Shown piece after piece: positions 21,801-24,964 of a stretch of DNA of 64,000 bases. Position 1 is the first letter of the stretch. Every line of letters starts with the position of its first letter. The notes beneath the pieces were generated by a model. The model was not told the DNA's origin and ran no database searches. It saw nothing but the letters and a program-made list of their open reading frames with translations. The translations under genes were made by a program, and so were the position numbers. The DNA lies in NCBI GenBank assembly GCA_910583855.1, contig CAJTYL010000008.1:33253-97252 (forward strand), in the 5' to 3' direction. The stretch is from an uncultured Christensenella sp. Its GTDB lineage: Bacteria > Bacillota > Clostridia > Christensenellales > Borkfalkiaceae.

Positions 21801-22095
21801 ATATAGCTATCGTATTGCCCGAGGTTGCAACCGCCGTGCTCCATTGGTTAATTCCGGTATAAGTTGCCGTTGCAGTGGCTTCGATTTCGGGGTTTTCTAT
21901 TGTGCCGTCCCCGTTTGAATTGCCGCCGACTATTGCGGAGGACGCGTCTTTTTCGGGCGCGGTAATTTCCGCGGACGAATTCGCCCCCGTTAAGTCGTTT
22001 GTAGAAAGTCCAAATAACGCTATAGCTGCGCTTATAAAAAGCGTTGCTATCAGTATAATTAATATACTCAGCTTACCGTATCGTGACTTTTTCAT
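3844..22095 (-). CDS. Giant (6083 aa) membrane-anchored surface protein / putative fibrillar adhesin: N-terminal signal-anchor, three head plus beta-helix cassettes, Ig/MBG-like repeat stalk, C-terminal TM helix with acidic tail
   Basis: Single uninterrupted 18252-nt ORF in the track. The RBS context AAGTGAGGTATGAATTATG is nearly identical to that of the neighbouring giant gene. The N-terminus MKKSRYGKLSILIILIATLFISAAIALFG is hydrophobic. It has massive GGGVY/GTFxMSGG repeats. The C-terminus is WKLWLIIAAAIVLAAIIIALVIILVKRRKSSDDDGFYDDVAESDL, with no LPXTG motif. Confidence 0.93.
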   Translation of the reverse strand: MKKSRYGKLSILIILIATLFISAAIALFGLSTNDLTGANSSAEITAPEKDASSAIVGGNSNGDGTIENPEIEATATATYTGINQWSTAVATSGNTIAISDSSSNKTVNTALSVPAGITLNIAISDSLLFQAGGSISVSGTLNIYATVSSATYIFVYSPLTAFTVNNGGRINFCVSNPSNQINFYSVSSIAMKAFQINAGGSVYMGGGLIHNSTACAVNVSGGTFNMSGGSIYENTSTYGGGVYVSSNGTFNMSGGSIYNNTATTQGGGVYNNGTFNMSGGNIYSNKVVTTEIYVNYGGGGVYVSSSGTFTMTGGYIYSNTARYGGGVNLYKAAFTMSAGVIGRNSTGSNAANTATYDGGGVYMWDATFEMKGSAIIAGNTSSRNGGGVAMGGNSDSKTNQFRITSTSAHILTNTATNDGGGVYVGYGTFTMSSGYIGKEGTSGSGNTADYGGGLCVLNGTFTKTGGEIDVNTAKSYGGGLYVYSNGTFNMSGGYIDGNTAKNGGGGVYNSGTFTMSNGYIGYSSYHNTAAYGGGVYNSSTFNMSGGYINHNDAINNGGGVYNSGTFNMTGGTIGGSDSTYANSAGAGGGVYVTNGGEFTLSGGNIKYNTSSGSGAGVGVNASKFTMTSGIIDHNTATKWAGAVYAQGAATTRISGGTISNNSGTHGGAIFYNGTTGTHTISGGTFSGNRASVSGGAIYMYANLTLSGGTITGNTATSNGGGICVENGTLTMNNANALIIKNTAVNGGGVATVSSGVFHMSAGTIGGGSTANKNTATGSGGGVYQGSTGASTFTGGGISYNTAKNGGGIAVASGSFTEGIAIASGSTANGVTYYNTASENGGGVYISGGTYVLNGTGTALRNNTAKNGGGVYITGGTFNMGYSWIHSNTATANGGGVYYNGGTFKMQANSCIGYISSSGGGGNTAANGGGLYLNASYTFSAGKITNNKATSNGGGVFVNAGTFTINNANALINSNKATSHGGGVFLTNSTKIAMSAGTIATNSSTNGAGVAVMGSAQFALTGGNIGGSTANKNTASEYGGGVLIQTTGTCTMSSNITYNQAKNGGGVCVYTGTLTHTLGGIHYNTATVNGGGVWINVGATYTINGGTSPGATSVIACTAANVGGGVFIAGGTFNLTSGYIGGASDNAYANKAPLGGGVYMVAGTMTIGANGYVSRNQATSATATTVTNGGGIHMDGGTLNMNGGAIQYNTATNTGSTTVGSNGGGVYVGGGTFNMNAGVIRGNSVRTNGGGVYVVGTATFKMTGGTIGGGGAGNTANSGAGLFLASTTAATFSGGTISYNTATSWGGGIYAYTGSTLNMSGTAIVAYNTAVYGGGICAASSTATTAAVKVNISGGQIYANKTVTTTTSVGGAGIFVYHNSTVTMSGGTIGGPNASYANTSSSGAGVEISSNGTFTMNGANAAIKYNSSTGTGGGVFLWTGTFNFSAGTITNNSAVNGGGVAYHSGTFNMTGGTIGGSAAAANTALRDGGGVYMSSGTFTPTGGAISYNKAATSGVYGGGAVAVTGGTFTLNNNNVIITNNSASYGGGVYVSGGKFVMSDGAITSNSATHGGAVAVRAGSFEMSGGVIGGEGNGNTAQSHGAVLIDGTGTGTMSAGTISYNTAAFGGGLCVFSGTFTQTGGEIVHNKGVSGGGVNVQADGTYTLNDGTISDNTASDVAGGVHNGGTFIMAGGEIVNNKATSNGGAVFTGKTFKMTGGVISGNTSTNKGGGVYLGGGTFEMTAGRITENSATTPYGNGVWVRDGEFKLGGTAYIYGNTYREFENNVYVDVEGAITFSAKLSDGAKIGISGCITQEDFVLTDGFTTAGHSEADIAKYFVSDNRGLTLNYINEEIVLRFDVALAWNETVQASLNNGTQELFVLYFDWTVKNSSFGEGIGFTNDGTILVPVSADILFDGNGFTLDRSGTSGSVMRVEGTLVFDSRVTSTIKGGNAENGGGVYVAGGIFTIKKNTVITENTASYGGGVYIDGNGEFVLRDSDSQITLNEAENGGGVFISDGTFVFESGIIGAEDSGNTAQSYGGGVYVDNSGNFEMNGGVISYNTALNGAGVYVRGGRITLDFTFDNENLLNSINNNTASGNGGGLYVESGNVDFVNGGILLNTAENGGGVYIAGGAVTLDGGELTVIGYNIATNGGGVYMSGGRLVMQSGLVASNEAVNGAGIYMTGAATQLTIAGGAIGGSYEGTDLPNVASGKAASVYVDGGTFTLTGDGVISTNIPQEDSDAVGNVYLAGGTFNMTGGEISGSTFANGGALYMTGGNFKITDGSIKNNTATENGGALYMTGGTAAVAGGEITDNTANRGGAAYIAGGTMTVSAGLIGRNQANGAGGVFVADGATLRMTGGTIGGSEANKNTSTYDGGGVAAVAGGIFEMSGGEISYNTANRGAGVWTAGTFEMSGGEISHNTATNGGGVANMGTARIISGKINNNTAENGGGVYLFEEGKYTMSGGEISGNEAGYGGGVYNLSGTFELNGGSISGNTATNNGGGVYNNDKFIVSDGEIVTNTAANGGGVYSIGEFTLSGGKLSNNTATLGGGVYNIGNGTFAMTDGNIVENTAGSGAGVYVNASTVEISGGNISENRATDATETAGGGGLFVVNGNLTVSGTAKITKNTSARYGGGLRIDGSTDTSTVEISGGSISENGATIGGGAYLTGSFAHLSLNGSVMVSENTATTSGGAVAIYGGAKVEVSGDAFLTYNTASANGGAAYVTGAGSALTVSEKGALTHNSANYGGAVYVTASGAFTMADGSLAYNEASTSGGAVYVNGGTFNLEDGEIIGNSAVEYGGAIYVAAGSTSVFTMSGGAIGGEDTFTNTSARGGGMYVAGGAVTISSGSISGNTATVNGGGVYLNAGTFSVKGNPIISGNKLNDSDSNLYLYNGKTIKIVGKLTDGASIGLTGKDKITEDYTTNGNGETEKAYFFGDVLGTVVAIVNGEIYLQVSLKDAWNAAVQASLDNNGNPITFVLAEAWRAENGSFGEGVGFTDDGALYLPSGAYIVLNLNNYSIDRNLSTITATGSVFYVKGTLEISGTTGIITGGKSEQGGGVHIEEGGLFKMEVAYIQQNEATQGGGVYVESGARFELAEGAIRGNSADEGAGVYVEEGGTLNMTGGAIGGTGYANEATNGAGVYSNGTVKLSGGYIRNNTASENGGGAYVAGGEFIAKGGYIGGTATTFANTAVNGAGVYVNGSTFEMTGGTIGYNTGTWGGGVYCNYGKVIMTGGKISGNSVGANGGGGVYVNGGTFEMTGGTIGGTANDANIGASGAGVVIGASGVFTMNGGSITGNNGSAGGGIYLTSGTFILNDGTIANNTATVNGGGALITEYGLFEMNGGEISGNDSNKGGGMCVFGTAEISGGEISGNTAVNGGGVHVENGGELIINDGAISGNEAVNGGGIYNNGGTVQMNDGIISGNIAVYDGTQLSDNTKNGDGAGIMLANGGSFTMNGGVITANKADTLGGGVYSHTAANTVIITGGVISANTASYGGGVYVNGGTFEMSGGEITDNNATESGGGLRAYASTITLTGGKISNNTSAGFGGGVYLAGNEVVFNMTGGEISGNSTESDGGGVYIYTKSTMNLSGGKITGNRAAVNGGGIYVSNVEGATLNVSGSPIVSGNTANGAESNIYLAADQVITVTGMLAVNGMIAWLGVTMADPSKKKFTLGFAEKNTAYNPNLRPETVFFSDDTDYMVGLEDGEAVLKDNDYSQTSLIWQLSKDGGKTWVSIDAPYYSLRYKAGESYAIRALNSEFNTVAFTWATNGAGEAIDALNFKGIGSYKFVINSEEYINPSLTFEVLPATLYWQYSTDEGRTWFDLTVNTLIYTGATYNIRACVYDDGYVPVKVFTETMKDVGDYEFTVDEDLYENPVLNFSITTRYIDVEWNFGDALGNATDGYYWNYDGLVHAPVAVLGGVSNELAGVDLSYGYAWSGGSSYAAAQSYAGAYTLTVGLKTADKNIVLSNTSVQYKINGITLSLVWTDEDGNEGDEFTFEYDSEKHGVNFVLSGVITGDTVEPYVTYASRSGKELAEAPTAVGYYTATVKLPANCYNYVLDKTYTCQIVITQKTVAVDWIGNDDGTYAWTFNGQGKAPVASIINPITGEALNEAYTVEYAPVAENGNIGVYSKQQPVNAGKYIVRLTLTNNDGNFILDETTTTQRFTIEKLGVNITWTGGKNFNYDQDKDVYFWYYDGEEHSVEAKVELNGDVYKDGVIISSLDLVRTDAQTALTGVNSATAAVELANTAFNANFYIDGSASQVYEVRKAVITSVVWTDAFKNSYETGDTAEFDFGKVVGAEGPGFVAIANGTLELVVSYSKSYEGEWVVDEQIGYTAYARLSTADAANYEFADGAEYESLTFFIKSVGGFKTPIDVTWVVFINEYEYVALEQYLTDGGFVYNGNVQSPTPIYLRENGDYEILALNANSIGADAGKYTARVKPSSVYDIKEEDFACAYEIKKLDVVINWQDGQYDSNTTYSYVYSGKAQAPYAYATGEGEFDFTTVNVTVEGNVNAGDYLAKAIVGDNFNIVDGATQRYTVSKLGIDAGKIVWDFIGAGASGDADNGWYWVYDGKEHSPAAKITLDFITLELLVTGKTSEIGVHTAYAVLNSSLTAHNNFYLTGTASTTFEIVQVKIGQVYWEDDDGHVYEDGKGGNTGLVFTYNGDENGQAPKAYYLDESGDKVYLTVTVIGGTAINAGNYSAYVDIESVPSCTFSINAKELEAEWSNLNVTFNGSEQKPEVTLTGAELTEGEDYVVTGYVKAGVYKVTIKFINANYTVAEENASCEFVIEKITITEDDFEWSDTGYDAEKDGYFWLFDGNPHAPTLTISYTIGEGGDAVEVTFEVGYTGVTSTVGTHTVTAYIKSAKIGELDVTDSFAFSADMEYVITAQTVTIDWDFGDAKHDEEKDIYFWTYDGSKHAPKAYLAYTDENNEVQRFKDEDGNDIELTVYGAETNARDKAYTATAELSEDYVLADGASATQQYYINKATIEVNWDFGELEADENGVYTWTYGDDITPKAYIRNENGENGAELTVTGFETDAGTHTLTLMQSDGNYEFANENDSAKTYVIKPMTVYVIWYGVGGYEENDTVNFEWDYVDYDTAIAPTAYLAYKDENGELQLLLDKDGNAIPVEVSGGLAEVGEHTAQAVDTFVNYDFAEEFTKNYKVLAKDLAESGFKWTDENAQVSEDGLTFTYEYSGGEIMPTPTSNVKDLEFNVTITNAAGEPVSVITEVGTYKVTVTCRDENYTVPEDMKTVTVIVTAKKVAVEWDETPLVYNGEKQQPKAYYTDVAGNKIELEVTVDGDSANAGTKYQATASLDTTNYELDEETKTYEFEIAQKEIEVKYTWEDVTYDRNKHAPKPEITVSASEKDGLTVVYEITKNGVKVAGDGEKVTEAGEYVIKVSLEGTAAGNYKLVNAEYEFNINKVALTVTAKDQTFDYGADAPEFTTDFATFEGLLADEADEVKAALADVISQWFRCAYVNTTVPGEYKIYIDAAWLNEYLNNYEVTGVNGKLTVNPAEGALVWVGDGESGADFTYNGNANLPEAYYYDSTGRKHELTVKLATYDEESGEYSVIDGEAVNAGSYFAVIVDANGNVIKADGNYTFENYGTAFKINKLEITVNVKDLQFTYGDVNLDELEAILGLGNGWTYGDNKPVDGDDLNIKLTIEGSYDDGNYLANGVYALNVGWNEEDFNDNYSLKVVNEGDGELVVEKAEIIVDYDEKDGYVYDAYGVLGSTDGYVSDFVTNTKDFLKLAGYQDAAVTAYFKLVDENDHAPDSDQYTGDIPEGLTEEGEYLFNFMIRVDNHETLYGRLLVKVSYAEYYLYVTVDGSKTLTETYGFETAEDFAKTLLESGYANYDEDLNRVISKETFLEWVTAKVIDENGNEVSGRLPVGNYKVIFALNENADQRYSIYKASTRTVAIEITKYVLDIDWGDESNLNYTYDGAAHMPVVKVEGITLDDGCKVSDGVYEITVNGEKVKVTVTVDGDFTAVGGHSLLVTVEGENFAISEENALRSVSINEPANEGEVPGTTVGASIEDWKLWLIIAAAIVLAAIIIALVIILVKRRKSSDDDGFYDDVAESDL
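3907..3981 (-). other. C-terminal transmembrane anchor of the giant protein, followed by a 20-aa basic-then-acidic cytoplasmic tail (3847-3906)
   Basis: A 25-residue hydrophobic run, WKLWLIIAAAIVLAAIIIALVIILV, is followed by KRRKSSDDDGFYDDVAESDL and the stop. Confidence 0.8.
4040..10950 (-). repeat. Stalk of roughly two dozen tandem ~85-95-aa Ig/MBG-like repeats
   Basis: Recurrent pattern W.....F.Y.G....P.A.......G.....L.V.......AG.Y.A.......NY.L.......F.I.KA. One unit (LTVTAKDQTFDYGADAPEFT...YKIYIDAAWLNEYLNNYEVTGVNGKLTVNPA) resembles the MBG (YGX-type) domain. The domain count is estimated from length, not counted. Confidence 0.75.
11230..12960 (-). repeat. Beta-helix cassette 3 (preceded by head domain AWNAAVQASL...FGEGVGFTDDG...LNLNNYSIDR at ~12960-13230)
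   Basis: AWNAAVQASL is encoded at about 13200-13230. Rung repeats run to GGGIYVSNVEGATLNVSGSPIVSGNTANGAESNIYLAADQVITVTG (about 11170-11290). Confidence 0.85.
13450..16270 (-). repeat. Beta-helix cassette 2 (preceded by head domain AWNETVQASL...FGEGIGFTNDG...FDGNGFTLDR at ~16270-16525)
   Basis: AWNETVQASL is encoded at about 16497-16526. Rungs such as GGGVYIDGNGEFVL and GGGVFISDGTFVFESG follow. The cap is SNLYLYNGKTIKIVGKLTDGASIGLTG near 13370-13450. Confidence 0.85.
16750..21480 (-). repeat. Beta-helix cassette 1: long array of ~22-25-aa rungs (GGGVYxxxGTFxMxGGxIxxNTA)
   Basis: Translation from about aa 205 to 1780 is almost entirely rung repeats. It ends with the cap NNVYVDVEGAITFSAKLSDGAKIGISG (KLSDGAKIGIS encoded near 16680-16712). 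Boundaries are approximate. Confidence 0.85.
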
Positions 22096-22395
22096 AATTC
22101 ATACCTCACTTGACCCGCCGCATTTTTTGCGTGGGCTTTTGTTTTTTGAATTTTGATTTTTGTTTTGTTTTTGCCGCCTTTTGCACACAAAGCGGCGATT
22201 TTACCACACTTTACCACCATTATTTCACCACCCCGCGCTTGCGGGACAAAACAAAAAGGTGTGCACCTTTTCGGTCCACACCATTTCATAAAAATTAGCG
22301 TATCAAAAAATTATTACAAAACAGACACTGCGCCCACTTAGGGCAGTGTACGATTCCGCAATATGGCTATGTAAATGAAATAATGTGGTATGCTA

Positions 22396-22424
22396 AGTAT
22401 ATCACCTGATTTCAAGAATTACAA
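22396..22424 (-). promoter_or_regulatory. Candidate sigma-A promoter for the giant-gene operon (TTGTAA-17-TGaTATACT), implying a ~290-nt leader
   Basis: Minus-strand reading: TTGTAA (22419-22424), 17-nt spacer, TATACT (22396-22401) preceded by TGA (extended -10). This is the only decent match I found in the 590-bp upstream gap. Confidence 0.3.
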
Positions 22425-22624
22425 CTAAATTTACGGAATTTTTTTAAATTTTTATGAAAAAATTATTAGTTTATTAAGCCATATTTGGGCACTTTTGCCA
22501 AAAATGTTAACCGTTAACAGCGTTTTGTGAAAAATTTTCACCCGATTTTTGACCGAAAATGACGAAAAATGGGCTAAAAATGCGCCGTTTGGGGCTTGGT
22601 TGCCGCATATTGCGGGGGGAACCG

Positions 22625-22664
22625 AAACCCCGCCCCCAAACCGCAACGTTTGGGGGCGGGGTTT
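22625..22664. terminator. GC-rich 17-bp hairpin downstream of the NSS symporter gene (weak U-tract)
   Basis: AAACCCCGCCCCCAAAC (22625-22641), 6-nt loop, GTTTGGGGGCGGGGTTT (22648-22664). On the minus strand it is followed only by TTTCGGTT, so terminator function is uncertain. Confidence 0.4.
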
Positions 22665-22676
22665 GCAAAAAAATTT

Positions 22677-22701
22677 AAAATAAGGCATATTACGGGTTCA
22701 A
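22677..22701 (+). repeat. Dispersed ~30-nt motif, copy a (partial): AAAATAAGGCATATTACGGGTTCAA
   Basis: Aligns to the consensus CGTTAWTTAAGGCATATnnGGGGGTYAA. It overlaps the stop codon of the NSS symporter gene. Confidence 0.5.
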
Positions 22702-24210
22702 TTTTTTTCGCCGCCATATATTGCGGGGGGTAATTTTCGTGACCAAAAGCAAGGGCAACGTAAATACGGAAAAACTTAATCCCCACCCGAAAGCTATCTG
22801 CAACCACAGCGGGTAACATAGCCCTTGCGTTGCTAAACGGAAGATTTCGTACAGCGTTAAAGAGATTAGCACGGCGGGGCTTAAAAATTTGATTGAAGCC
22901 CCGAACGCGCGCTTGGGCATTTTCAATTTTTTTGTAAATTTGTTTATTTCGTCGGCAAGCGCGCACGTCTGTTTGCTTGTGCCGATAATAAGGCACTCCG
23001 CAATTCCCAAAAGCAGCACGTTGTAAAAGTTTATAAATCTGTCGTTGATGTCAACCACCGTCGGCGCGGCAGTGGTTGCGAAAATCAAAGTTATAGGCGC
23101 GCCGCATAGGCACACGATTGCCGCAATACGCTTTTTGGGTTTGCCGCGCTGCTCGGAAAAGGGGTTTAAAAAAGCTTCCAACATTGAAACGGCTGACTGC
23201 ACAGCCATCATTGCCAAGGACGAATAGAACAGCGCGCCCACAACCCCGTTTAGCGCGGTTGCCCCGCCGAACAGCCGACTTATCGCCACGGGATAGACGG
23301 CAAACGCCGTTATTATGCCGCTTGCGCCTATTTGGCTTTGAAGTCCGCAGCCGTAAAGCGTGGTGAACAGAACAACCGAAGCAAGCACCGAAACAAAAAA
23401 GTCGGCGGCGGCAATGGCAAGCGAACATTTGAAAATATTTGTGCCTTCGGGCAAGTACGAGCCGTATGCGGGCATAATTCCTACCACTATCGAAAGCGAA
23501 AAAAACACTTGCCCGAGCGCCGTAAGCCATAGCTCTGGGCTGGAAAGCTTGGAAAAATCGGGCACGAACAGCGCGGCAAGGGCTTGCCCTGCGTTATCGT
23601 AGAAAAGCCCGCGCACCGCCAAAAACATAAGTAAGGTTATGGGAATTGCTACGGTGAATTTGGCGGCTTTTGACAGCGATTTTGCCCCGCCTTTTAGGCA
23701 AAGGAACATCAAAACCCACGCGGCGATTATGCACCCCGCAACAAGTAAGGAAAACCCGCTTATAACTCCGTCGTTCCGCGCCGAGAGAATATCGTTAAAG
23801 AAAAACCCGCTTATTTGCGTATCGGTAAGCGCGGGCGCGGTAAGGCAAAGCGGAACGGCAGTGACCGCCGTGGCGATTATCCAACCCGCAAGTCCCGCGT
23901 AAATAAGCGCAGTAAAAACCGAGTTGATGCACGAAGCCCAACCCATACGCTCCGCAATTTTTGCACGCGACCCCTTAAGCAGACTTTGCATACACCTCGG
24001 CGCGCCCGCCTTTATCTTCCTGCCGAGCGCGACTTCGGCGTTTAAAAGCGGAAGTCCCAGCGCGACGAGGGCGATTGCGTAAATTACAAGAAAAGCTCCG
24101 CCGCCGTACTTGGCGCAAAGCCCGGGGAAACGCAACGCATTGCCGAGTCCGACCGCCGCGCCTATACTTGCGAGAATGAACCCGCTTTTGGATTGAAATT
24201 TTTCAGCCAT
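22690..24210 (-). CDS. Sodium:neurotransmitter symporter (NSS/SNF) family transporter
   Basis: N-terminus GFILASIGAAVGLGNALRFPGLCAKYGGGAFLVIYAIALVALGLPLLNAEVALGR is the canonical NSS signature. The 506-aa protein is multi-TM. Confidence 0.9.
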   Translation of the reverse strand: MAEKFQSKSGFILASIGAAVGLGNALRFPGLCAKYGGGAFLVIYAIALVALGLPLLNAEVALGRKIKAGAPRCMQSLLKGSRAKIAERMGWASCINSVFTALIYAGLAGWIIATAVTAVPLCLTAPALTDTQISGFFFNDILSARNDGVISGFSLLVAGCIIAAWVLMFLCLKGGAKSLSKAAKFTVAIPITLLMFLAVRGLFYDNAGQALAALFVPDFSKLSSPELWLTALGQVFFSLSIVVGIMPAYGSYLPEGTNIFKCSLAIAAADFFVSVLASVVLFTTLYGCGLQSQIGASGIITAFAVYPVAISRLFGGATALNGVVGALFYSSLAMMAVQSAVSMLEAFLNPFSEQRGKPKKRIAAIVCLCGAPITLIFATTAAPTVVDINDRFINFYNVLLLGIAECLIIGTSKQTCALADEINKFTKKLKMPKRAFGASIKFLSPAVLISLTLYEIFRLATQGLCYPLWLQIAFGWGLSFSVFTLPLLLVTKITPRNIWRRKKLNP

Positions 24211-24250
24211 ATATTATATATATTGTTACGCGCGCGTGCGTATGATAACT

Positions 24251-24288
24251 AAAAAACCCGCCCGCAAACGTAAAGTTTGCGGGCGGGT
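24251..24288 (-). terminator. Rho-independent terminator after rex
   Basis: Stem ACCCGCCCGCAAAC (24256-24269) / GTTTGCGGGCGGGT (24275-24288). A run of six A (24251-24256) on the plus strand gives the U-tract on the minus strand. Confidence 0.75.
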
Positions 24289-24297
24289 TTTATAAAA

Positions 24298-24328
24298 TTG
24301 ACCCCGTAATATGCCTTAAATAACGCAC
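24298..24328 (-). repeat. Dispersed ~30-nt motif, copy b: GTGCGTTATTTAAGGCATATTACGGGGTCAA
   Basis: Lies between the rex stop codon and its terminator. Confidence 0.65.
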
Positions 24329-24339
24329 TTTTCGGGTTT

Positions 24340-24948
24340 TTAAATCATACTTGAAAGAATAGCAAGGTTTGCCGCCACGTCGATGTTGCGGACTACACAT
24401 CCTTCCTTTACATGCAGCAAAACGGGCGCAAAATTCAAAATTTTATTAATTCCGCAATCAACCAACGTATCGGCAACCGTCTGCGCCGCGCTTGCAGGCA
24501 CGCAGATAACGGCAAGTCTGGGGGCAAGCTCCGCCAGTTTTTGCGACGCTTCTTCAAGGTCAAAAACAGGTTTGCCCCCCACATATGTGCCGACTTTCGC
24601 ACTATCGTTGTCAAAAGCCGCGACAATTTCAATGCCGTAATTACTGAATCCGCCGTACGACATAAGCGCCTTACCGACCTCGCCAGCGCCGAATATAACG
24701 GCTTTCTTTTTATCGTTACAGCCAAGATAATCTTCAAGCGCGGCAATAAGCTCCGTGCGGGAGTAGCCCACGCGCGTTCTGCCTTGCGCCGAAGTAAACG
24801 CCAAATCTTTTCTTACGAGGACCTCGCCCATTCCCAGCGCGCGCGCAATCGAACCGGACGAAATAAACCCGTCCGAATCCAACGATTTAAGATAATTCAA
24901 ATACACGGGCAGTCGCTGCAAGCTCGTTACGGGTATATCGCTTTTCAT
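24340..24948 (-). CDS. rex: Redox-sensing transcriptional repressor Rex
   Basis: LQRLPVYLNYLKSL... winged-helix N-terminus plus a Rossmann/CoA-binding segment KKAVIFGAGEVGKAL. Length of 202 aa is typical of Rex. Confidence 0.9.
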   Translation of the reverse strand: MKSDIPVTSLQRLPVYLNYLKSLDSDGFISSGSIARALGMGEVLVRKDLAFTSAQGRTRVGYSRTELIAALEDYLGCNDKKKAVIFGAGEVGKALMSYGGFSNYGIEIVAAFDNDSAKVGTYVGGKPVFDLEEASQKLAELAPRLAVICVPASAAQTVADTLVDCGINKILNFAPVLLHVKEGCVVRNIDVAANLAILSSMI

Positions 24949-24964
24949 TTTATCACCTGTCCTT

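Noticed and set aside
22525-22543. Palindrome TTGTGAAAAATTTTCACCC, resembling a Rex (TTGTGAA-N4-TTCACAA) or CRP/FNR-type site, in a window that also encodes Rex.
   Set aside because: The half-site spacing is one base off (GTGAAAA-A-TTTTCAC) and the right half deviates. It lies over 100 nt upstream of the only candidate promoter and 3' of the symporter. That is not convincing without a matrix score.
22092-22996. Small ORFs in the giant-gene upstream region and antisense to or overlapping the symporter 3' end (22092-22289, 22110-22298, 22153-22341, 22452-22688, 22574-22996).
   Set aside because: No RBS is present and composition is biased. Several are generated by the repeat and hairpin block at 22590-22735. 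The region is better explained as promoter and leader plus repeat elements.
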